A stretch of DNA of 63,938 nt, the filler included, from Choristocarpus tenellus KU-1152 (Eukaryota; Protista; Phaeophyceae): the NCBI GenBank assembly GCA_964200185.2. It is 9 parts of 9 records of this genome, joined end to end, with 100 filler letters (N's around TTAATTAATTAA, not from the genome) between each part and the next. Parts side by side here need not be neighbours in the genome. Positions count along the whole stretch, not along the records: positions 27,708 to 34,985 come from CAXNAD020006419.1; positions 35,086 to 38,373 come from CAXNAD020021015.1; 7 more parts are not named here. The stretch is one strand, 5' to 3'. The notes beneath the pieces are model-generated. The model worked only from the letters and a program-made list of their open reading frames with translations. It was not told the DNA's origin and did not search any database. Shown here piece by piece: positions 27,844 through 38,473 of the stretch. Within the stretch, counting starts at the first letter, position 1. The number at the start of each line of letters is the position of its first letter. Made by a program: the position numbers and the translations under genes.

Positions 27844-29367
27844 CCATACGAGTTCCAGCCATGCGCTCACCATGTGGACCCTACAGGGACCGGTTACCCT
27901 GCCTGCCCCGATGCTGAGTACCCCTCCCCACAATGTGTGAAGGAGTGCTCCGAAGAGAGCTATAGCGTCACCTATGAGGGGGACAAGCGCAAGGCGTCCC
28001 AGGCGTACACTCTCAAGGTACTTCCAAGCAAGAAGCCTCTACTCTTTGGTGTCCTCCAGGCTATTTATAGTGTTGCTTCCATGCACTTGAGGACCAACCC
28101 TGACCCAAACCCTATCATATCACATTCTATTGCTACAACCCTAACCCTATTCTATTCTGTTTGTAAAGGTGCACTCTCTTGGGGTTGTATTTTCTAGGAG
28201 TTAGTATTTAGTGTCCACCATGCTACTCTAGTATTTCAAGTACCCTCCCGCTAACCCTAACCCTAAGCCTTGAAGGTGAACTAGGACTAGGTGCTACTGC
28301 ACTAGTCACCCAAATGCTTGGTACTCTTGTCTTAGGGCTGATTCTGAAGGGGGTAGTAGAAGTGAGGTGAGGTGGAAGAATATCTGAGTGATACACAAAA
28401 TGTAACTGGGGGGAACTGAAGAATTCAAACCGGTTGACGGTGCTATTTTGTGTCCCAGCTGGATAGCCTTTTTGTTTGTTTCAAGATATTGGGTATGAGG
28501 TGCACTAAGGTACACAAGGTGCACTAAGGTATTTATTTTTAGTTGCCTCTCATCTCACCTCTTCCGATATTTTTTTTCTTACTACTTCTGGGCCGTAGTT
28601 GAAAGGGTTAGGGTTAGGGTTAGGCTTTGAATAAATGGCAGGGGATTCCTTGTGTTTAATAGTCAGGTAATTGAAGTAGTTCTCACTGACTACTGTTATG
28701 AAATGGCATTGCTTTCTAATGCTGTGGAGATTGTTTGCTGGTAAGGTTGGGTCTTTTCTGGGAGGTTTTCGGAGGACTTGTGGAAGATCTAAGAAGTTGG
28801 AGGTTAGAATTACAATGGAAAATCTCGTGAGTGTAACTCTACTAGGGTTAGGGTTAGAGTTAGGGTTCAAGTGATGTAAAATGCAAGTATATGCAAATGT
28901 GTACTTTCTACACATTATTGTGTAGAGTAGAAGGTGCGATTGAATGCGCAGCTTACTCTTTTTATTATTATTTTAATATTATTATCATTGCTGCGGTCAT
29001 GTTCTCTTGTCAATACTAAAATTACTATTAATAATTTAGAAAAGAAAAAACCTCCTCAGCTGTTATTGCGTTTTGAATACAGGTGAAACATGCAAATAGT
29101 TTTACAACTCTACCAATTTTTTTTGTCCATAAGCTGACAAGAATGAAAAATATATAGAAATTTTTCAACCCGGGATGGACCTAACATGAAAATAAAAATA
29201 CATTTTTGTAATGTGCCTAATGTGCTCTAATTTGTCGGTGACATTGCTCTTGTTCTTTCAAGGGTGTGGAAGACATCCAGCGGGATATTATGGTTCTGCC
29301 ACAATAGCCATCTCAGTGTATGGTGACTTCCCCACCTACTCTCATGGTGTTTACGAACATGTTGATG
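27844..29367 (+). pseudogene. Cathepsin B-like (papain family C1A) gene fragment, exons 27844-28017 and 29263-29367, second exon frameshifted
   Basis: PYEFQPCAHHV (occluding-loop HH)...PSPQCVKEC...YEGDK; then GVEDIQRDI / GSATIAISVYGDFPTYSHGVYEH with a frameshift near 29290. Splice sites are canonical. Confidence 0.8.
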
Positions 29368-30146
29368 GTGAGGTTCCTCTCTTTTCGTTGGGTAAATAGT
29401 GACACCTATTATTGATTTCTTGTTTCCCCCCCGATTTTGTTCGATAGGCACGGGTGGGTTTTTTTTCTGGAGTATCATGGTGTTGTTATTTTTTACCTAT
29501 TTTTTATTTGGATGTGTTAGGGTTGGGGTTGGGGGTTTATGTTATTGCTGTTGTGTGGTGTTGGTTTGACTCTGTTCGGTGATGGAAACGGAGACCATGC
29601 TTGTTATCTCCACTCCAAAATGCACAACAAAACGACTATTATAGATTGTAATGTCGGGAATAACCTCGGGTATTGAAGACTCGATTAGTTGATGTGATGC
29701 TGATCTCCTCACGGAGATCAGCATCACATCCCAAATACAGGAGGTTGTGGACATGGTTATAAAAATTACATGCGATCTTTTGACCAATCCAACGGAACCC
29801 AACAGGAAAATTAAAACGTGATGACTTTGGGTGTTCTTAACATTCCCCACCACTATTTTAAGAATTTGACGGAATACAGCTACAGTTCACATGTCACTCC
29901 CACCTTCAGGAGTTTGAATTAGTTCTTGCTTTGCCTGGTCCAGAAAGGTAGGAGATCCTGTACACTGGAGGTAGAAAGGAGGAAGGAAGGAATATAATTG
30001 GGTAGGCCTCTATCAGATATTTATTGGATGCAAGTCGAGATTTTGATGGGGGGGGATTTGATACGCGAATATTGGGACTGGAAAACAAGAGTGGTGTGGG
30101 GATATCAGAACTCTCCCTAAACTGTCACTCTGAGGTAAAATAGAAA

Positions 30147-30205
30147 GAGCTAAACCAATTGGGAGAAGAGGCGCAAACCTACCCACCTCTCAATTGGTTT
30201 GGCTC
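30147..30205. mobile_element. Minimal 59-bp family C element (essentially two TIRs)
   Basis: gaaa|gagctaaaccaattgggag ... ctctcaattggtttggctc|caaa. Confidence 0.75.
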
Positions 30206-30714
30206 CAAACCATATATAGTAAGAGTCACAACATAGTATACCTTATAATGGCAAGCTATGGCTGGGTAGAAGGGGTGGGGCCTGCCAGGGACAGTCTGTC
30301 CCTGCCTGTGCAATATTTGATATTGAAGTTAAAGCACACACCTCATCCGTGTGTGTGTGTAGCTGTGGGGTCTGTGCGTAAGTTTGACCTTGAATACATG
30401 TGGAAGGGAAGGGGGGGATGCCGGACGTTAGTTACAGATATCCACTAGTCAGTGTGTAGCGATAGCCACTATTGATATTAATAATATAATTACTTGGTCG
30501 CTTTTTCATGGAGAAGGTCCAAACCTGTGTGGGTAGGGATACTTCTGTATATTATGACAGAGTTTTGACCATCAGGCTGTCCGCCTGCACTCTGTCGTGG
30601 GAATGCTCAGATTCGAGCCCCAGTTGTATTTTTTTGAGGAAGCTTGACTTTGAAGGACCACGCGGCAAGTGAATTGAGAAGGTACACCTGCACATGATTG
30701 CCTTGCGCTAAATC

Positions 30715-31150
30715 GAGCCAAATCAACTGAGAGGTAGGTAGGGTTGCATCATAACATTTTGGATCCTGAGAATGGGCAAACGGGCGCCATTTTGTACAAG
30801 CCTTTCATAAATAGTGGTACGGCTTTGTGTGTGAAAGGGGGAATATCAATTTTGCATACACAATTGTTCACATAATGCAATGGAATATAGTGTATTGGGC
30901 TTGAAGTATCAGGGGGTGGGTGGCGGCTGTCCATTTGGGGTCAATTTTTTCATGTCGCGATTTTTGGTGATTTGGTTGCGTACATTGGATGGATGATGTA
31001 AATGCACTTTTCCTGATTTTGATCCAAATGGACAACCTGGTGTAGATCCCCCCCCCCCCCAGATACTTTGGGTCTTTGCCCAGGGATGGAAAGATGACTT
31101 ATAGGATGCAAAACGGACCAAACCTGCCTACCTCTCATTTGGTTTGGGTC
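30715..31150 (+). mobile_element. MITE family C with a nested family B copy (30898-31074, inverted)
   Basis: aatc|gagccaaatcaactgagaggtagg ... cctacctctcatttggtttgggtc|aacc. The inner B copy is flanked by attg/tttg. The empty site is visible in the C copy at 35633-35897. Confidence 0.88.
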
Positions 31151-31731
31151 AACCAATCACAAGAAGGGACGTGGTGAAAGATCTGGATCATGGTGGCAAA
31201 GAATCATTGCAGATGGTGGAGGGAACATGCTACCCCGGTTTTATGTGATTTGACGAAATTATGGGCTTAAGCCATCTGTTTTTTGCGGTTGAGTTTGGTT
31301 GTTCTTGGAACAGTGAGCAGTGGGACAGCTAAACCCAACTTGCAAGGAAAATGCAATGCATGCACAGGGCAGTGAGATGAGTTTTAGCGAAATAGGTAGT
31401 TCAATGGATATATATGGCAGTGTGCACTGCCATCTGGACACTCCAACAGGGTCTACTGTTCACATTGAACCCGATTGCTGACAACTCCTCACTCTGATTC
31501 GCTGTGTGGGAACATATCCATGTATGGAGTGTACAAATCTGACTGGTTTGAGGGCACACCTTTTAGCAGTTGATGTGAACGGTGTTGGTATTTTCCATTT
31601 AAGAATTTGACTTTAAAAAAAGCATGATCAAAATAAAGTTGACAATAGAAAAAAATAGAGAAATGCCCTTCTCCACAATGAAGAAATAGAAATATGGTAT
31701 TATACAAGTTCGAAACAGATGGAACCAATTG

Positions 31732-31778
31732 GAAATCAATTGTGGTTACCGCGCGCAGGTTCGAATCCTGCCATCGTC
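31732..31778 (+). pseudogene. 3' half of a tRNA-Ser-like sequence
   Basis: gaaatcaattg-tggttacc-gcgcgcaGGTTCGAATCCtgccatcgtc: long variable arm plus T-arm/B-box. No 5' half or D-arm found. Confidence 0.55.
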
Positions 31779-33407
31779 CCACCTTGAAACATATGGAAAC
31801 AAGTCGACAGGTTCTTCGTAATGAAGGGGAGCGGGAAGACCCACAGGAGGAAAGGAAAAGGAGAGAGACAAGTCAAGAGGGAGAGCAGTCCCTCAGAAGA
31901 TCACTCAGGAAAGAAGTGAACAAGTAGTAAGTGAATGAGGGGGGATTGTAAAGTCCCCTCAAGCCACCCGCTCTTACTTCAACCAGATGTTACCTTCATG
32001 CAAGAACAAATGTCATACGAATATCAGATTCTTCTAGATAGGTTATCTTCAGGGTACAACTTCTTTGGAAGATGACTCTGAAGTACAATATATTTAAAAT
32101 TTATATTTGGTATTCACAATAGTAGTAGTAGTATAGAATATAACATTCAATATTCAAGTAGAGTGTATTGTGAATGGAGAGCCAAGGCCATGACATGACC
32201 AGCCCGATCCTCAAAAAAAATTACCCCTCCAGCCATAGATAAAATTTTCTAACATGGTCAAGCCCATGGCCTTCTCTGCAGCAACATGACTAGGGCCATT
32301 GGCCGGCCAGGTACAAGTTAGTTCAAATATGGCCGAGTCCATGGCCATCTCTACTCAACATGAGTAGGACTGTCAGCTGGCTGTGTACAACCAAGTTCAA
32401 ACACGACCGAGTCTATGGCCATCAACTATTTCAACATGTCCAGGCCGCAGGTCGGACCAGGACCATATGGCCAACATTAGACATGGTAACTACCAAACCT
32501 TACGAAATACCCTGTATATTTGCATCAAGAGGAAGGTTAGATATCTCCACAAAATATGCACAATAGTTTGATCATTGGGGTAGGGTCAGGGTGGGGGAAA
32601 TAGATCTCAGCAAAAAATTTCCAGGGAACTTCAAAAGTGACGTACTTGACACCAAAAAACATCACATATTTGTTGGATCCATTGATCTCCCACAAAAATA
32701 AAGGGGAGAGACCTGCTCCGTGATTTACAACCAAAGTAATTACTCTGGAATAATCATGATTTAAAAAAAAAAGGAGCATTTCCCACAGCTACTATTACTG
32801 CATATGCAAAAAGGTTGTACCAAAGTATAGATGCCACTTCAATGACGAAGATGGTAAACAAACAGTAAAAAAGGATCAATCAAACACCTTGAATTTCTAT
32901 TCTTGTATGGTGATATTCATACTTAGGGGGGGTAACTGCACACTGCATGCCCATACAAAACAACTCCCAAGTGCAGGTGTAAAATGGCTACGACTTCACC
33001 CCTCTCTCAAGGCTCGAAATTCTCTCTAATACAACTCAAGAGTGTGTACCAAAGGTAACATTTCTGACTTACTTCAATTTTGTTACTTCTGAACAATCGG
33101 GCACTGCTCGCAAGCACGCTTTCAATACAATAACCCATCAGAAAGGGGCAATACGCACACGACACAAACATCCGTCACCTACTTTTTTTCTTTTCTTTTC
33201 AGAGGCAATTTTCAACCCATCAGCAACAATACCTTAGTTCAAACGCCTTTCAACCTAACCCTGGCTCTAAGTCATTGTCATTTAAACCACCACAAAAAAA
33301 AACGAAACACAAAACACAGAACAGGTCCTTCCATGCATGTGTACATACTACACGAACATACACACACACATACTTGTATACGTATGTGTGTATGTGTATC
33401 TATCAAC

Positions 33408-33531
33408 CTTCGTAGCTTGCTGCAAGGTCGCACAGTACTTCCCGTGCTTCCAACGCATCATCCCTGTGAAGGCCATTCTTCTCAAGCTCAAGGAGGACAC
33501 TGCCATCAGACAGGTTCAGTCCAGTCAATGC
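33408..33531 (-). other. Orphan exon-like segment
   Basis: poly-T...aag|ALTGLNLSDGSVLLELEKNGLHRDDALEAREVLCDLAASYE|gt. No partner exons identified. Confidence 0.3.
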
Positions 33532-33660
33532 CTTAGTTGAAAAAAAAAAAAAACACCCAAACGCAGAAAAAGGAGGCAAGAAAATCCACACAAAACACAC
33601 ATACATTACAGGGCAAAACAAATATCAATCCCCAACATCACAATACGCACAAGAACACAT

Positions 33661-33691
33661 ACACACACACATAATATTTGTAAACAACATA

Positions 33692-33723
<32 letters not shown>

Positions 33724-33818
33724 TAATATTTGTAAACAACATGCATTCACACACACACACACACATAATATTTGTAAACAACATACATTCACACACACAC
33801 ACATACACACACACACAC
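33661..33818. repeat. Compound repeat: ataatatttgtaaacaacat(a/g)cattc x3 separated by (CA)n
   Basis: Seen directly. Confidence 0.9.
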
Positions 33819-35127
33819 AAAATGCAAGCAATCAAGCCACCGCATCAAACCACACCAGTCAAGTGGCACAGACATACGTCACACCACAAGTAGAGGACAC
33901 ACCAGCAAATCCGTTCATCAATTTAGAGCGCACCAGTTGGGGACATGAAAATTTGTCCACGATCATGACCCAACATATATATAGAGAGAGAGGAGAAGGA
34001 ACAGAACATTAGCACCACCAACAGCAGGAAACGGTAAGGAAGGGAAGGGGGGCAAAAACGTATTGTGAACTTGCTGGCATACATGCATTAATCGGGACAA
34101 CAAGCCCGCGAATTGGGAACAGGATCAACAGTGAGGGGGGGAGGTGCTAGACTTGAACGGAACTGAATAGAGACAGTTGCGTTGACTGCTTGGAACAGAT
34201 TGGCTGGGTATGGACAAAAAATATATATATGAAAGTGATAATCCACTAACAAAGCAAAACAAACAGCATAAACATAGTTGGGGGAGTTATTTTCGATTTT
34301 TTTTTTTACATTTTTTATTATGCTGCCCCTACGTAACACGCCGATGCTCTTAACTGGCCACATAAGAGCAATAGGGGGTACGAACAACCTTGAATAACCT
34401 ATGATCCGGTTTGCGATAACCCTGGAGAAATCAGCACAACTCACGCCAGATTGTGTCTCATAAGACACTATGCAAAAGAGAGCTATTCTAGTAGAGTCTT
34501 TGCTTTATGTGGTATGGATGTAATTATTAGCGGAGTAAGCACATCCCTCGAGGTGGGGGGGGGGGGGGGGGGGGGGGGGGGTTTTTTTTTTTTTTTTTTG
34601 CGCACCGCACCCGACCAAACCCTCTCTTGACTTCATATCATGAAAGTACTTCAAGGTGGGCAAATCAGGTGTTACCATTTTGATGTCAGCAGAAATTCCA
34701 GTATCAGAACATTTTCGTGCGATGTGTGTTTGTGATTGGGTTTCAAAAAATACAGATGGGATGCTTACTGTACTGTATTTTTTGGACCAACTGACACTGA
34801 ACATTTTTCAGAATTACGAATACGTAAGAATACGTATGAATCGGAACTCCCCACGAGTTCGTTTCAAGAATAGGTTTATGATATCGTTTGTGCCGGGGGG
34901 GGGGGGGGCTATCAAGAAACAAGCACGAAGTGGTGAAACACTTTTTTGTTATTGTGCAAACCCCCCAGATGATAGGGATAGCCCCNNNNNNNNNNNNNNN
35001 NNNNNNNNNNNNNNNNNNNNNNNNNNNNNTTAATTAATTAANNNNNNNNNNNNNNNNNNNNNNNNNNNNNNNNNNNNNNNNNNNNCTTCTAATTATTAGT
35101 GTAGTGTTGGTGAGGTGGTGGGGGTGG

Positions 35128-35313
35128 GATGTATTCCGGGGTGGGGGGGGGGGGGGGGGGGGGGGGTCTAGACCAGGCTGTCCATTCAGCCCCTGACCAG
35201 GAAAAGTGCACTTACATTATCCGTCCGAAACATGCGACCAAATCACCCAAAAATCGCGACATGAAAAATGGGCCCCAAATGGACAGCCAACACCCCTCCC
35301 AAATATTTTGATC
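35128..35313 (+). mobile_element. MITE family B (diverged)
   Basis: Internal gaaaagtgcacttacattatcc...aatcgcgacatgaaaaa...aaatggacagcc is shared with the other B copies. Confidence 0.8.
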
Positions 35314-35632
35314 CAGTAGAAAAATACAAAACAATACCGAAGTCAACGTAACGATTGGCATAATCCTCGCTGTAGTGGTAGAATGTCGGAGTCAGACCGT
35401 ATAATTAGGTAAGTAGACTGTCAATTAACATGGAAGCAATGTGTTCTGGAATGAGGGGGCGAAGTAGATTGAAAGTACGAGATTGTCAGAGTGAGAAGAA
35501 GATTATCAAAACAAAAGTGGGTTTGATTGGGATGTATTTTGGTGTGAGAGTTACAAGTTTACAGTACTATTGATTGTTTTTTGGGGGTTAAATGAATTCC
35601 AACTGTGCAAAAAAATCGTTAGGATAAGTGAT

Positions 35633-35897
35633 AAGCCGAACCAATTGAGATTTAGCAGATTTGTTACCCTTTGCATTCTAAGCCATCTTTCTCACCCTGT
35701 GCAATACACTCTATTTCATTGCCTTACATGGGCACAATAGTTTATGCAAAATTGACACTCCCCCTTTCCACAGACAAATTGAAACCAAAATTCAGCCAAA
35801 ACTCTTTCTTCTGTAATTATTATACAAAATGGCATATTTTTGCCCTTTCTTGGGATCCTTAAATGCAACCCTACCTATGTCTCATTTATTTTGACTG
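35633..35897 (-). mobile_element. MITE family C, TSD TGAT
   Basis: tgat|aagccgaaccaattgaga ... tctcatttattttgactg|tgat. Homologous to 30715-31150. A further fragment lies at about 38081-38193. Confidence 0.85.
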
Positions 35898-38473
35898 TGA
35901 TGCGATGTGGCGATATGTTATCTAGTGTATGGGGAATGTTTTGAATGTAACGAAAGTACAGTACCTTGTGTTGTGATGGATGAGGAGGCTACAGGTTGAT
36001 TATGTTGTCTAAAAAGATGTTTTGATTATTGGGCAAATCGAATTTGTGAATAGATTATGTGAACGGGTGATAATGCATGTTATTGAATCTGGCATTTGAC
36101 CCTGGTCGTGGTGTATGTCAGTGAAACGATGGTTGAAGGAGCCAGATTGACATTAGAGTGTTAATATTTCTATTGTTTAAAAAATATCGACAGAATTAAT
36201 AAATTTCCTTTACGAATTTGTGCAAAAAGTCCGATTTTATGTTAAATTGTTTGGCATCCTTAAAATGCAAACCTGTGTACCTCTCGATCGCTATGACTTG
36301 GTATTAGTGTACTGTTTTTTTTTAAACATCACTCTGAACATAATGACGACCCGTGCACTCCCATAAAATCCGCTAACACCCGTGACAAAGCGTATGCTCA
36401 CTAAAATTATATCCTCCAACAGGACGGAGCCGAGGGGGTGGGGGTGGTCATAATCAGGTTCTTCCCGAAGATTACACCCTATTGAACATACCAGTAACAG
36501 CAATCCGCCATGCACAACCCTAGAACAACCCAGAACAGAAAAGCCTTCCATACAGTAGTTGATAAAGTCTGATGGGCGAACGCGACTTGCTACGACATAT
36601 TGACAACTCTATGTCATCAATACGACTTCATCCCTTGAAAATTCAGGTTATCTCTCTTAGGGAGGGAGTGTTCGACACTGGCATTGTTACAAATATTTCT
36701 TCTAATATGTTCTTCTGTCAGGTATCCTTTTGAGAGAGTCACAGTCTCTCACACTCGGAAAAAAAATGGTAGTGTTTAGAATGAACACTTGTATCCAATC
36801 CAACTTGTTACGCCTACTCACTCATTTCGTGTTCTGAACCGTATTGAAATAGACAATATTCAGGCAACTGGAGCTCTGTCCCATCATATTCAGGTCATCC
36901 CCGCTTGCTTGTTTTTCATGGGGAGGACCTTCCCAGCCCCATTGAAAATCTTCCCCGTGCAGGAGCAATTTCATTGTGTACGTGAGAAGGCAACAACACT
37001 ACCAGCTGTCGACCGCAAAATAGGAGTACGGGTAACAGCATTGAGAAGTATTGTTGGACTCTACTTTGGCCACCTACCTCGCTTCTATCCAGCATATAGC
37101 GGAACATGTCTCCTTCACCCTGCCATTAGGATCAATTACACTCTGTATAACCTTCAACTAGATTTGCTCCACTAGTGATAAAATATCACATCATAAACAG
37201 TATTCAAACCTAATGCTATTACAATGAATAGTATGCCCACTTCCCTTCTGGACATAGTATCACCTAGGAGAAAAGAAGAAGCACAAAGTAAAAAAACTCA
37301 ACGAACACAGTAAAAATAGAGTCCGATTTTCTTGCGAAAATATTATTCTACACAGCATTATAGTTTCTCCTGCAGAAAACCGAGCTCGCCACACTATTTT
37401 CATAGACATGGGGGAATCAGAAACGAAGGGCTTTGGGTGTTAACCAGATCCATCCCAACAGGGATATATAATAGAGCAGTGCAATCTTGGTGTATGCTGT
37501 GTAATATTTATACTTCATACATAGTTTATGGACTTTGTTTCGAATTTACACAATGACTCCCATTCAGATCCATGATGAGCTCTAGGTACAGTACAAGCAC
37601 TTGCCATTCCGTGGCCCTGACTGAAATATTGCAACTAATACCAGGTAGGTCACAAGCGGTCACAAACGTTTGTAAGCCCGAATGAGAGGAAAGTCGAAGG
37701 TTATTGTAAGATGCCATGGCCCACCTCCAACCATTACAGAAGGTAGAAGTGGGGAAGGAAATATCTCCCCTAAGGAGAGTACTGGTAAAAAACGTTGTAG
37801 CACCTCTAAAAGAAACCCCAGAAATATCGACCTTGTTTGGGATCCATGAGTGGAGTGAAAATTAAATGTTGGATGAATCGCTACAGGGTCTACTAACACA
37901 CACAATCCCGCCTGGAGACGGACTCCGTAGGTGATACTTGCATGCTGTCGAACAGGACAAAGAAGGTTTCCTTGACTGACGAATTTGAGGCTTTCAAGAA
38001 CTGGTTGATTTCGTTTCGCCTCGCAGATTGCAAATACATCCGTTTCAAATTTCGAATCATTTAGAAAACTCTTTCAGTTTGTGGCAAACTAATTGAAAGG
38101 TAGGCAGGGTTGCATATTATGTTCCTGAGAAAGGGCAAAATAATGTCATTTTGAGCAATTTCCGAATTGTGGTATGACATTGTGTGTGGAAAGAACAGAG
38201 GATTTTCAAAATTGAGGATGGAGCGGGGCTATGAGGATGGTTGTTCTGCGAAAACGGTCTAAAAAAGTACCGAAAGTTTTTTTTTGCGACTGTTTTTGCA
38301 CTTGGAAGGACCCCTTTTATGATCTTTTTTTTGAATTTTTTTGGGACTTTTTACTGTTCCGGATATATTTTTGNNNNNNNNNNNNNNNNNNNNNNNNNNN
38401 NNNNNNNNNNNNNNNNNTTAATTAATTAANNNNNNNNNNNNNNNNNNNNNNNNNNNNNNNNNNNNNNNNNNNN

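Noticed and set aside
30570-30640. Possible tRNA-derived SINE (gattcgagcccc followed by a T run)
   Set aside because: The B-box is degenerate, and there is no A-box, cloverleaf or second copy.
33661-33818. Repeat-spacer-like pattern
   Set aside because: The spacers are only (CA)n; it is a compound microsatellite.
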